From Negaprion brevirostris (taxonomy: Eukaryota), in contig JARDVH010000025.1 in assembly GCA_030324005.1 (NCBI GenBank), positions 45,179,439 to 45,243,438 of the forward strand: DNA of 64,000 bases, read 5' to 3'. Of the stretch, positions 36,747-49,568 are shown in pieces; the stretch's first letter is position 1; each line of letters starts with the position of its first letter. Made by a program: the position numbers and the translations under genes. Under the pieces are notes generated by a model. The model had not been told where the DNA came from and did not search any database. It saw nothing but the letters and a program-made list of their open reading frames with translations.

Positions 36747-37151
36747 TAGTGGTGGGCAACTGTGGCTCAGGGGCCTCAAGTAGCCCATCTGGGTTCTGGA
36801 TGCGGCCCACAAGATGTTTTGTTGACATTTGCCCAAATGCAGGGTTGCCACAATCTGATGATTTCCGTCCGAACAGTAAAACAAGGGCAAATGAAGTGAG
36901 GTGCATGCTGACTGCTCACAATATCAGAGCTCTATGTCCAAAGTGTAAATATTTACTTTGTTTTTGCCATTTGAAGTTGATAATTCTGTTAATATTTAAA
37001 TTGAGCTTTTTCTATAACTCATTATGAAATATTTGACTTGTATTAGATGTATTTAATCTTATTCATGAGGTCATGGTTAGTGAACAAGCCCGGTTTCAAT
37101 CTTGAGGACCACTCATGGGGCCTACTCACTAGCCTGGATTACCCATCACTG
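36747..37151. mobile_element. hAT-type non-autonomous transposon
   Basis: TIRs tagtggtgggcaac / gattacccatcactg; the 8-bp flanks tactatac and gactatgc match at 6/8 positions. Confidence 0.7.
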
Positions 37152-39458
37152 GACTATGCTCACCAGTATTGACTAGCAGAACGTCACTTGCAGTTTCTAG
37201 AATGTACATTAGGTTGTAGGAATTGGCTGCACCACTTACTCTTTCCTGCAAATGAATTCTGTGTCAAAAGAAAGATTTGTGATATTGAATCATCTGTCTG
37301 GTCCTAATTAATCACAGTATGAATTATGGTTAGTTATGCCAAATTAATTTGTGATTTGGATTTTTATTAATTGATTGTTAGGAGAGTTGAGGTCACAATC
37401 AGATCAACAATGATCTTACTCATTGGTGGAACAGGGCCCTAAGGCCAAAAGACTACTCTTGCTTCTAAATTCAATGTTCCTGTGGTAGCAGTTTATTGTT
37501 TAGGCTGATCTAATTACTTTCTTTGGAAGCATTAATCTCCTTGTGAGGGGAACTCCAATATGAAGAGGTTTACCAGTGGCATGGTGCTACTTTGACTTTC
37601 CCTGTTGCTGAGCTGCTGATATCAGTATGCTGCTATGGAGATGTTGAGTAGGCATTCCTTCCTGGGAGGTAGTGTTAGTACAATACTATTCTCACCTAAC
37701 TCCCAACAGCCAGTTTTGAACAACATTGGAAAAGACCTTTAGTGTAAATCAACTAATGCCCCCTCAGCTAGAGTTGGTTCATGACTTGGGGAGGCTGGCA
37801 AATGTGAAAGATTTGGGAAATTGGAAAAGTGATGACTAGCTCAGTGGTTAAAGAGAATGCTCTGTATGGTACCATGCCAAGAGAATGCTGACCCCAGAAT
37901 GGTCGCAGGAGTCGGTGTCAGAGGTTGTTGGTGGGTGTGGTTCCAGTGTATTGACTGAAATGTCGGCGTGTGGATATTAGAGATAGAAATAACGCTTTTT
38001 ACATCACAAAGGCATCACTTCAATATGAAAATATTGTCAAATCATTCATATGTGACAACACTTTAAAGATCTGTTCATTTAGTTGCTTTCCTTTGCTAGA
38101 ACTGTATAATGACTATTTCAAGTGAAGAAATCTGCTTTGTCGTAAAATTTCATTTTTGAATTAACTCCGTATTTCACAGTAAAAATTCAAAGCTAATAGT
38201 CATTGTCGTACAAATTGTCCTTATGCTTTTTCAGTAGACGTGTAACCAAACCATTTTTCCCCCAAATCAAGTCGCAGGTTTTTTTTTCAGGTCTAAATCG
38301 AGTCAGAATTTTTAAGTGTAAGTCAGTAAGTAAGATGCCTTCTTACATTTTTTTACTGAACTTCTCCGTACTCTGCAAATCTGACAGCAGTTAAAATGTA
38401 AATATGTAAATTGAAGGAGCTTTTACTTTCTTCCATTTGTTGACCGAACAATGAACATCCTAGGCTATTAGGCTTATTCCTGTTATATGAAATTTGCCTA
38501 GTTTCTGAACCCTAACTTTAATAAGTGCCAGGACAGTCAATAGTACATTTAAATAGTCGTCTAATGTTGCAAGGAACCTCTTACAGTCATTCATAATGAA
38601 AAATTTCAATGACAATATTCCAACTAATATAATACCTGAAATCATTCAGAAATATAAATTCAGGGGAGAGCAGCTTTTCTTCAAACATAATGTAAAAATT
38701 GCAATGTGATTTGTGGAAAAAACACTGTTAAAACTTAATTTTTAGGATGGCTTTTCAGGAGGAAAGCAACATTTTATATCACCCCAGGACTATCAATCAC
38801 CTTCATTTCATACGCTTTACAGACAATACTCCTTGTGACCAAACTTTCATACCTTTTATAACCAAATGGTGTGACTTTTGGTGACAGCAAGATTGTTGTA
38901 TAACTCGCAAGTGCAGTACACAGGTTACGTTTGAAGCAATTACAAAGAAGACCTCAGCGTTTCATTCAATGCAGTTAGCGCATGTAATTCATGTGATACT
39001 GTTGATGTTAATTGTGCTTGTGTGTGCTGATGACCTGATCCTTTGTCCCTGTCCCCTGTCCCCCTTCTTCTGTTTCATGTCCCGGTGCCTCTTTCCTGTT
39101 CAAGCACAAAGTGGTGGAAAGCTTGTGGTTGGGTTGGATGTGGCCATGGAAGGCTTTTGTATTTGGGCTTCAGGGATGGCTGCATGTGCTGATGGGAATT
39201 GGGCTGAAACACTATACTTAACTTCCAAGTTGGAGTTGCATCCTCCATCTCTAGGCGTTTCCACTCACGTTCTCACACAAAGTCAATGAGAAAGGAGGAA
39301 ATGAGGGATTTAGTACCTAGTTATCCCATTTGACAAGTTATTTACTCCAGTCTCCAATGCAATCAATCGGTGCTGGCAATGGGTGGGATTGGACCAGAGG
39401 AGTACAAAACCTGTACTGGATTACATAACTCATTGTTTATGTTGAAGTATTGAAAGAT

Positions 39459-39738
39459 GGGACGGCATTGTGGCACAGTGGTTAGCATTGCTGCCTCACA
39501 GTACCAGGGATCCAGGTTTAACTTCCATTTTCCGTCACTGGTTGTGCAGAGTTTGCATGTTCTTCCTGTGTCTGTGTGGGTTTCCTCCGGATGCTCTGGT
39601 TTCCTCCTGCAGTCTGAAAGATGTGTTGCTTCTCCCTCAGTGCACCCAAACAGGCGCTGGACTGTGGCGACTTTTCACAGTAATTTAATTGCAGTGTTAA
39701 TGTAAGGTTACTTGTGACACTAATAAATACACTTTATT
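39459..39738 (+). mobile_element. V-SINE with alternative tail
   Basis: Head ggcattgtggcacagtggttagc, V-domain and tail acttttcacagta...cttgtgacactaataaat. Confidence 0.9.
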
Positions 39739-40162
39739 GGGCCATACCAGGACTTTTTTTTAAATGCTTATTTTTAAACTAAGGAATGTCACCAAGTCAA
39801 TTTTGGCAAGATCCATCACAAGTAATTTTTCCCCAAGTCAAGTCAAGTCACCATGTCAAAACAATTTAACTCAAGTGAGACTCACTGGCTCGAATTAACA
39901 ACTTTATCTTTCAGGAAACATAGAAGTGGTGAGAACACTGAATTGTACAGTGCATTAGCTTAGTGCTTGCTGCAGCACAAAATGATAAGAAATCATATCA
40001 CATTTGGGAGTTTCACACAACAGTACTTGATTTTATGAGTGATACCAGCAAAAGCTCACCCCTGTCTTGTACCTCAGGGATATGTCACTATGGATGATTC
40101 CTGCCTATCTTACCAGAGTCAGCCACAAAGTGATATTGGCAAAATAAAGTCAAAATAGCTAT

Positions 40163-40363
40163 GGGTGAAATTGGTCTACGTCAATGACATGAATCTGGTT
40201 CATTGCAAATCAGCTGCACATTTTGCACTGCACCCACTCACCACTACTTTCAAAATTGATCCACGTTAGTGGGAGCAACTGGCTAGTGGGAAAAAAATCA
40301 CATGCCTTGTGGTGTAAGACAGGTTTCTAGTTTTGCACCACTGAAAGCAGACCAATTTCACCC
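40163..40363. mobile_element. MITE with perfect 15-bp TIRs
   Basis: gggtgaaattggtct / agaccaatttcaccc. Confidence 0.85.
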
Positions 40364-41818
40364 CAGCAAGGTTAATTAAATAACATTGGCATATAACCTG
40401 CGCTGGGTTCTGCCACATTAAGTTCACTCTAGCTGTTTGACTTCAGTTGACATAACATTATTCTACCGTGTGATCACTTGCAAGAGTGTATCTATGTGAA
40501 CTGAAATGAAATTCAGATGCTCTGTTACATAATTTTCATGCTGACCTTTACTCCATAACAAGTGCAAATTTGGTGTTAAAATCTTAGCATAATAGGCTGA
40601 AAGAGGAGAGAAAATGGAATAATGAGCTTACCCATTCAACAAGCAGCAGGTTACATTTGAGCTTTGGATTTGCAAGGTATAAAAATGAGAATGCCAAAAG
40701 CCTAACTTTAAAGCCATCAGATGCTCATCTCTAGCTTATGCATGTGTGCACTTATGTCCCCTGTCTGTGCAAATATACAATTAGGTGACATCAAATCTCG
40801 TGAGGACCAAAATCCTTGACACTTGTGAGATGCATATCAGATGTAGAACATTATTGATCAAGGTAGGAATTCTTGCAGGATCCGTGAATGTCAGATCTTC
40901 ACTCACAATAGTTCTGGTTATCAATTTTCATCGGAGCCTGGATGGATAAAACTTGTGTCTACCCTGAACATAATTCCCAACATCAGAGGGGGCAGGACTG
41001 AGGGGAGGAGAATTCACTGACTATGAATTTCTTTGGCCCCAGTCTCCCTAGTGGTCATTCATCTGAATGCTCGGATGAGAATGAGATACAAATGGTCACA
41101 GCAATGGAACGGTAAATTGACTCTGCCCTGACTTCAGATGGGGTCAGGAGTAGGGGTTACATGCTCTTGCTCTGTTGCACTTCCTTTGGCAGCATGAATC
41201 TAAGGATTTTCAGTCTTGTTCGTGCATGTGTCAATGCAGAAGATAGACATATAAATGATATATTGAACTAGATTAGCAGATTGAAAACTTCAGACAGCAT
41301 GAGAGGAAGAGAGAGAAAGAATTGCACAAGGGAGTTCCTTTATAAACAGAGTATTCTGCCATGATTTCAGAGTTATTCCCATCTTCAATGTTTGTTAAAG
41401 GCTGATTTCTTCAGAGGGTTTCAGCCTGCATTTGTAATATTGACACAGATGATAAGCGCTGAAGAAGCTGACCTTTACCAAACACTGAAGGCAGGTGTAA
41501 CTAAAATCAGTCACATGTGAATGTCAGTTTGTGTGTGTCTGTGTGCGTTTGTGTCTCTGTGCGAATTTCTGTATATGCAATTCTATATGTGTGTTGGGGT
41601 GGTGGGTGCATGCGAGTTAGTGAACTTCTTAAAGGATGTGTGTTTCTATTNNNNNNNNNNNNNNNNNNNNNNNNNNNNNNNNNNNNNNNNNNNNNNNNNN
41701 NNNNNNNNNNNNNNNNNNNNNNNNNNNNNNNNNNNNNNNNNNNNNNNNNNNNNNNNNNNNNNNNNNNNNNNNNNNNNNNNNNNNNNNNNNNNNNNNNNNN
41801 NNNNNNNNNNNNNNNNNN

Positions 41819-42270
41819 ATCGGGCTTCCCTTGCTTTAAGGTTTGAGGTCCTTCCTGCCAAAAGGGGCCAATCTACGAGAGGGCTGGGAACTCTGCAGAC
41901 CCAGCAGCACAACTGGAAGCAGAGGCCACAGTTGGTATTGCATTCGGCCTGGTCCAGCCACATCGAGGAGGCCCTGGAATGAAGTTCATCTCTGGCTCAC
42001 TGGGGCAAATCAGGCAGGGGACGCTGCTGGAACGTAGGTCAATTGAAAGGACAAAAGGCGATCATTAAACAGAGGCAGACCTTGTCGCCGTAGGAATCTT
42101 TCATCGTTCACAGGGTGCCCGATCAGGAAGGTTCACCATTTCTTCTTCTGAGGCCGCCGGGGTACAGTATCCCCATATGGCAGTGTTCACCCATCCCTGG
42201 TAAAATAACAGTGGTAGCAAGATGAAGGCCTTAAGTGATCCTTAACTGGTCAGTTAAGTGCTTCAATTTA
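41819..42270. mobile_element. GC-rich non-autonomous DNA transposon fragment
   Basis: ccttaagtg...ttaagtgcttcaatt motif shared with 54460-54492. Confidence 0.4.
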
Positions 42271-42274
42271 ATCA

Positions 42275-43262
42275 CCTCAGTCCTCGAACATCACTGCAGA
42301 ACTTCTCAGGGTAATGTCCTAAGTCCAAGCATCATCAGTTGCTTCATCAGTGACTTTGTCTCTATCATAAGGTCAGAAGTGGAGGTGATCACTGATGGTT
42401 GAACAATGTTCAGCACAATTCCTCAGATATTGGTGTAGCATGTATCCCCATGTAGTAAGACGTGGACAACTTTCAGGCTTGGGCTGATAAGTAGCAAGTA
42501 ATATTCATGTCACACAACCCCAGAGAATGATCATCTATGATGAGAAAGAATCTAACCATCTCCCCATGACATTTAGTGACATTACCATCCTTGAATTCCC
42601 CACTGTTAACATCCTGGGAGTTACCATTGACCAGAAAATGAAGTGGACCAGCCATGTAAATATTGTGGCTACAAGAGCAGGCCTGAGGCTGGGAATTCTA
42701 AGGTGAATTACTCCCCTCCTGACTCCTCAGTCTGCCCACCATATACTAGGCACNNNNNNNNNNAGGAATGTAATGGAATACTCTCCATTTGCCTGGAAGA
42801 GTACAGCTCTAGTAACATTCAAGAAGCTTGATATTATCCAACACAAAGCTGCCCGCTGGATAGTTTCCTGTCCACCACCTTAAACATTCACTCCCTCCAC
42901 CACATGTAAGCAGCAGCATATACCATCTGCCAGATGCATTGCAGCAACTCACCAAGGCTCCTTGGACAGCACATTCCGAAGCTGCGGCTTCCACCACCTA
43001 GAATGGTAAGTGCATGAGAACACCAATGCCTGCAATTTCCCCTCCAAATCACTCACCAACCTCATTTGGAAATGTATCACAGTCCTTTTGCTGTTGCTGG
43101 GTCAAAATCCTGAAACATGCGCCCTAAGAGCACTGTGGATCACATGGACTACAGCAGTTCAAGAAGGCTGCTCACCATCACTTTCTCAGGTGCAATTAGG
43201 CTGGGTAATAAATGCTGGCCTAAGCAGCAATGCCCACACCCGGTCAATGAATAAATATGTAT
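42275..43262 (+). mobile_element. CR1/L2-type LINE (second family), RT end and 3' tail
   Basis: Decayed QGNVLSPSIISCFISD...EVEVITDG (QGSVLGP/FADD); tail caattagggctgggtaataaatgctggcc...atgaataaa. Confidence 0.85.
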
Positions 43263-43671
43263 TCTTTTAAACTTCCATCCACTACTTAACCCACAGTTGG
43301 TGAAATGTGAGTGGTAATGAAAAGGCTATGGTCTCTCTAACCCAATTAAAAGCCTCCACCTGGCACATTCCCTTGGGCTTTGTAAAGTCCTGGTGATATA
43401 TGAGTTTCTGTGTGCAAGAGTAAGTGTAATTGTGAATGTGTGTGTGCCTGTGTGTGTGTAAATTCTCACTCCATGATAAAGACTGATTGTGCTATTATGT
43501 GATTCACACATTGCTAGCAGTGGTCTACTGTCCGTCGCCTGGATTATGCTCGCTCTCGCTTGTTGTGCGCAAGTTTGGCCTGTATGGAGACAAAAGAAAG
43601 AGATGTGATGGGATGGAATGGAGCAGGGTTGGGTGAAGTCCATGCCTCCTATGTGTGGTGTGCCCAACCCA

Positions 43672-43747
43672 GAACATAAGAACATAAGAAATAGGAGCAG
43701 GAGTAGGCCATCCAGACCTTCGAGCCTGCCCCGCCATTCAATAAGAT
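43672..43747 (-). mobile_element. Young CR1 3' tail adjoining a gap
   Basis: gaacataagaacataagaaataggagcaggagtaggccatccag. Confidence 0.85.
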
Positions 43748-43899
43748 NNNNNNNNNNNNNNNNNNNNNNNNNNNNNNNNNNNNNNNNNNNNNNNNNNNNN
43801 NNNNNNNNNNNNNNNNNNNNNNNNNNNNNNNNNNNNNNNNNNNNNNNAACGCCATTGCCTTTCTCAGAGGAACATCTTTGAGTTGCCCCTGGAATACAA

Positions 43900-45275
43900 C
43901 AAATTCTGGGAGGTCCAGATTTTCCAAGTAATGGTCTTCTATCAGATTCAAAAATAGCAAATGTGTCTTCTTGTTTCAAGGAGGGATAAAGGTAGAAAAC
44001 AGGGACAAATAGGCCAGAAAGCTTGTCTATTATGGGGAAAGTGTTAGAATTGATCATTAAAGATGTTGTAGCTGGGTGCTTGGAGAAACTCAAGTTAATC
44101 GGGAAGAGACAGCATGGTCTTCTGAGAAAGAAATCATGTTTAACCAATTCATTGACGTTCCCTGATGGGGCAACATACGGTGTGGATAAAGGGGAACCTG
44201 TATACATACTGTACTCTGATTTCCAGAAAGGTATTGACAAGGTGCCACATCAAAGGTTATTGTGCAAAGTAGGGGTTCATGATGTGATGGGGTAACTTAT
44301 TAGCATGGATAGAAGATTGGCTGGCTGACAGAAAACTGAGAGTGATGGGTTTTTTTTCTGATTGGCACGATGTAACGGGTGGAGTTCCGCAGGAGTCTGT
44401 GCTTGGGTCTCAGCTTTTTACTGTTTATGTCAATGACTTAGATGAGGGGAGCATAGGCATGGTAGCTAAATTTGCTGGTGACGCAAAGACAAGTGGGAAA
44501 ATATGCTGTGTAAAGGGCATAAGCAGGATGCAGACGGGTATGGATAGTTTGACTGAATGGGCAAAGATCTGACAGATGGCATATAATGTGGGAAAATGAG
44601 AAGTTGTTCACTTTGGCAGGAAGAATAAAGAAGCAGAGCATTCCTCAAGTGGAGAATGGCTGCAGAATTCCGAGGTGCAGTGGGATCCAAATGCTCAAGT
44701 GCATGAGTCACAAAAAGTTAGTCTGTAGGTTGAGTAAGTGATTAAGAAGAATAATGAAATGCTGTCCCTTTCTATGAGAAAATTTGACATAAAAGTAAGG
44801 ATTGATACCTGGAGTGAGCAGTTTGTCTTATGAGAAAAGGTTGGATAAAATGGGCTTGTTGTCACTGGAATTTTGAAGAGTAAAAGGCAACTTGATTGAA
44901 ATGTATAAGATCCTGAATGGCCTTGACAAGATGGATGTGGAAAAGATGTTTCCACTTGTGGGTAAATTCAGAACTAGGGGGCACAGTTTTAAAGTCAGGA
45001 GTCACCACTTTAGGGCAGAGATGGGGAAAACCTCTGTTCTTTCAGAGGGCAATGCAACTTTGGAACTCCCTGTCTCAGAGGCAGGGGAGGTGGGGGTTAT
45101 TGAATATTTTAAGCCAGATGTAAATGTATTCTTGTTGAACAAGAGAATCAACAGTTATCGGGGGTAGATAGAAATGTAGAATTCAATACACAAACACATC
45201 AGCCATGACTTATTAAATGATGGAGCATGCTTGAAGGGCCAAATGGCCTCCTTCTGCTCCTAATTCCTTTGTTCA
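43900..45275 (+). mobile_element. CR1 LINE, RT region to 3' end
   Basis: GKVLELIIKD...RQHGL...SCLTN...DFQKGIDKVPHQRLL; GVPQESVLGSQLFTVYVNDLD...AKFAGD; TRGHSFKVR; 3' tail. Confidence 0.92.
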
Positions 45276-46105
45276 TTTGTATCAATGTTCATATATATCA
45301 ATGTACTATTGAACCAACTTTATTCTCCAACAGAGAAAGCAGTATAACATGCTCAACTCTCTCCCCACTTAACATAGACAATATTAAAAGGTAAAATTAT
45401 TCATGTACATAATTTCCCAGAGTACAATATGAATAAACCAACATCAACATACCTGAACGTTTAATAGGCGGATTCCATTTTTTGACAGTAATCACACCCA
45501 AAACATATACCACCAAAATTACAAGAAATTTAAATTCAGAAGTTCTTTAACACCTGAATGTGTTTAACAAAAATATCTTCATTTGACAAGAAATAATGAA
45601 ATTTAAAAAAACAACTTTCATTTTCTTTCGTACTTACTTTCAATTAAACTGTTCAGGTTTTTGTCTTTCTCTCTGGGTATCTCCTGCTTCTATTAGCTTG
45701 ACTCTACTCCCTCAACATCTCTGACAGCATCAGACCTGAACCTTAATTTTGCCTATCAACTCCACTTAATAGTTGGGCCATAACATTGATTTGTCCTAAT
45801 CATTTTGCTGTGCTGATGGATTCTGTGATACTGGCAAACTTTCAGTTTCTTTGTGACTTACACTTTCTTTCTGACATTCACTTTGGACAGTAGGGTGAAT
45901 TTGGATTATCAGAGGTTTATCATGCTTTCTGTTTGTCAGATTTCCTCTTTCAAGCAAATGATGAACATGATGAACATGGAGCCTCTCTCCAATCTTCACT
46001 AGATATGTTAAACCGAGTCACTTTACAAGAACTTGAATTATGGAGTTTTCATTATCACCTCAGTGGTTTTTAACCATGACCTTCTGACTAACATTGAACT
46101 CTTTA

Positions 46106-46850
46106 GGGGTAATCTTACCAAGAAAGTCTAAGTGCTGAACGAGCATGAAAACAGGAGAGAATCATACCCAAATTTTGGGTGAGCTCCCAAACACTATCTT
46201 TTGGCACTTAAAGAAAACATGAGGCAAAATGTGTTTCTCACCAGGTGGGGGAGTGGATAGAGCCTACTCACGCTGGGAAGCTGGGTGCTGAGCTGTAAGG
46301 GCACTATTGCGCATGTGCCCGGATCTCCCAGCATATGCAGTGCACTGGGAGGTCTGTCACTCCCCCCTCCCTTTGATTCTCGCCCGGGNNNNNNNNNNNN
46401 NNNNNNNNNNNNNNNNNNNNNNNNNNNNNNNNNNNNNNNNNNNNNNNNNNNNNNNNNNNNNNNNNNNNNNNNNNNNNNNNNNNNNNNCCCCAATTCCCCC
46501 TCTGTCGAATCGCTGGTCCTAATCCCCCACAGGATGATCGCACCCTGCTGATCCCCAATGCAGAGCACACCTCCCTCGCCCAAAACATATATTCCAAAAC
46601 AAATATCACCAAAATTACAGGAAATTTAAATTCAAAAATTCTTCAACACCAGTGTGTACTTAACAAAAAATCTTCATTTGACAAGAAATAATGAAATTAA
46701 AAAAAACTTTCATCTTCTTTCATGGCCTCACCCCTTCCTGGGCTCATCCCCTTCTCGCCCTTCCCTTTAAGGCCAGACACCTCCCCTCAGGCCTTGCCCT
46801 CTTGGCACTGCCCAGTGCCCAGTAGGTAGTGCCAGGGTGTCCAGACATAC
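46106..46850. mobile_element. Non-autonomous DNA transposon related to 49569-50455, carrying a copy of nearby unique DNA
   Basis: Start ggggtaatcttaccaagaaagtctaagtgc resembles ggtgggattctcccaaagaaatgttaagtgtc; shared cttggcactgccc motif. Confidence 0.6.
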
Positions 46851-46962
46851 CTAAGAATGAAGTGTCAACCTGATGAAGTTAAAACACAGGTCTACTTGCA
46901 TGCCAAACAGCATAAACAGCAAGTAATAGAAGGAACTAAACAATTCCACAGTGGACAAATCC

Positions 46963-47070
46963 GTTCTGATTATGGGTCATCCTGACTCGAAATGTTGGCT
47001 CTATTCTCTCTCCACAGATGGTGTCAGACCTGCTGAGATTTTCCAGTGCTTTCTGTTTCTGTTTTAGATC
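46963..47070 (+). mobile_element. Penelope-type terminal repeat fragment
   Basis: ctgattatgggtcatcctgactcgaaatgttggctctattctctctccacagatgg..., homologous to 283-420. Confidence 0.6.
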
Positions 47071-47084
47071 AGGCCTTCCATATT

Positions 47085-48505
47085 CAGCCATGAATGGTGA
47101 TGGACACTTAAATAATTCACTGGAAGAGGAGGCTCCATGAATATTCACATCCTCAATCAGAAAGGAGGCCTTCACATCAATGCAAAAGAAAAGGTGAAGC
47201 ATTTCTTCAACCAGAAATGCTGAATGGATAATCCATCTTGGCCTCCCCTGGAGGTCCTCAGCATCACCGTCTTCAGTCAATTTGATTCACTCCATATGAT
47301 ATAAAAAAATGACAGAAAGTGCTGAATTCTGCAAAGGCTTTTGGTCCTGAGAATATTCTGGCAAAAGAACTGCTCTCAAACTTGCTGTGCACCTGAGCCA
47401 AGGTGTCCCAGCACAGTTACAACACTGGAATCTACCTGATAATGTGGAAAATTGCTAAGGTATGTTGAGTATACAAAAAGCAGGGTGAACCCAACCCAGC
47501 CAATTACCATCCCATTAGTCTACTCTCAATCATGAGTGAAGCAATGGAAGGGGTTAACAACAGTGCTAGCAAGTGAAACGTATTCAGCAATAACCTGTAC
47601 ATGGATGCCCAGTTTGGGCTCTGCCATGGTCACTCAGCTCCTGACCTTGGTCAAAACACAAACAAAAGAGCTGAACTCCAGACAGTGGCTGCTTTTGACA
47701 TCAAGGGCACATTTGACTGAGTGTGGCATCAGAGAAGCGCAGCAAAACTGGAGTCAATGGGAATCAGGAAGCAAACTCTCCACTGGGTGGATTCATACCT
47801 ATCACAAAGGAAGATAGTTGTGGTGGCTGGAGGCCAATCATCTAAGTTCCAGCACACCACAGTCGTGTCCTAGCCCAATCATCTTCAGCTGCTTTATCAA
47901 TGACCTTCCTTCCATCATTATGATATTTGCTGATGGTTGCAACAATGCTCATCACAATTTGCGACTCCCCAGGTGCTTACCCAGTCCTTACCCAAATGCA
48001 GCGAGACCTGGAAATTATCCAGGGTTGGACTGACGAATGGAAAGAAACATTCGCACCACACTAGTGCCAGGCAATGACCATCTACAACAAGAGAAAATCT
48101 AACCATCTCCCCTTGTCATTCAATGGCATTCCTGTCACTAAATCTCCCACTATGAGTACCCTGGGGATTACAATTGACCAGAAATTGAACTGCATTCACC
48201 ATATAAATACTGTGGCTACAAGGGTCAGAGGCTGGCAATTCTGCGCTAAGTAACTCACCTCCTGACTCCTGAAATCCTGTCCATTATCTACAAGGCACAA
48301 GTCAGGAGTATGATGGAATACTTTGTATTTGCCTGGATGAGTGCGGTTCCCATAACACTCAAGAAGCTTGAAACCATCCAGGACAAAGCAGCTGATTGAT
48401 TGTTACCCCATCCATAAATCTTTACTCCCTCCACCACCGATGCACAGTAGCAGCATTGTGTACCATCTACAAAATGCACAGCAGGAACTCACCAAGGCTT
48501 CTTGG
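47085..48505 (+). mobile_element. CR1/L2-type LINE (second family), ORF2
   Basis: YKKQGEPNPANYHPISLLSIMSEAMEG; PIIFSCFINDLPSIIMIFADGC; homologous to 42275-42960. Confidence 0.88.
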
Positions 48506-49165
48506 ACATTTTCCAAATGTCGCTGGATTCCGGGGAAGTGCCGGAAGATTGGAAAACAGCTAATGTCACGCCCTTGTTTAAGAANNNNNNNNNNNNNNNN
48601 NNNNNNNNNNNNNNNNNNNNNNNNNNNNNNNNNNNNNNNNNNNNNNNNNNNNNNNNNNNNNNNNNNNNNNNNNNNNNNNNNNNNNNNNNNNNNNNNNNNN
48701 NNNNNNNNNNNNNNNNNNNNNNNNNNNNNNNNNNNNNNNNNNNNNNNNNNNNNNNNNNNNNNNNNNNNNNNNNNNNNNNNNNNNNNNNNNNNNNNNNNNN
48801 NNNNNNNNNNNNNNNNNNNNNNNNNNNNNNNNNNNNNNNNNNNNNNNNNNNNNNNNNNNNNNNNNNNNNNNNNNNNNNNNNNNNNNNNNNNNNNNNNNNN
48901 NNNNNNNNNNNNNNNNNNNNNNNNNNNNNNNNNNNNNNNNNNNNNNNNNNNNNNNNNNNNNNNNNNNNNNNNNNNNNNNACAATGCTAAATTCCCCCTTC
49001 GCGGCCCACTATGTGTTGTTTCGGGGTATTCGTCATGTTAAATATACAGGGTATTGGGGATACAGCAGATGGGAGGGCTTGGGTGGGATGATCTCTTGGA
49101 GGGTTGATGAAAACTCAATGGGCCGAGTGGCTGCCTTCTGCACTGCGTGGATTCTATGGTTTTTA
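48506..49165 (+). mobile_element. Young CR1 fragment, gap, then 3' part of a V-SINE
   Basis: IFQMSLDSGEVPEDWKTANVTPLFK before the gap; atgctaaattcccc...gggccgagtggctgccttctgcactg after it. Confidence 0.8.
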
Positions 49166-49568
49166 TCATCTTTGTAAGAAGTCTCACAACACCAGTTGTC
49201 TCTTACACATTTATGATCTTTGCCATTGGCACCAGGCTTAAGCAAACCAAACTTTGTTCGAGGAGCATATTTAAACATTAACTTGTAAGACAAGCAACCT
49301 GTTGTAGATTGTGGGATTATTCAGTAAGAGAACAGTGACTTGTCTATTTTGTGTTGAATGGAAACATGGAAATTACTGCCTAATTTGTCATGAAGTAAAT
49401 ACTTTTGCAAAGCCCCCTTCACAATCCATATACTTTTTTTTGAGTGATATGCAGATTTTAGAGTGTGTTTGACTCTATTCTTACTCAGAAATATTTCAAC
49501 CTATAAAGTGAACCAACTTCTCAAACCTCTGCAGTTTTGCGCTTGTAATACTGAACGTAAACTCAACA

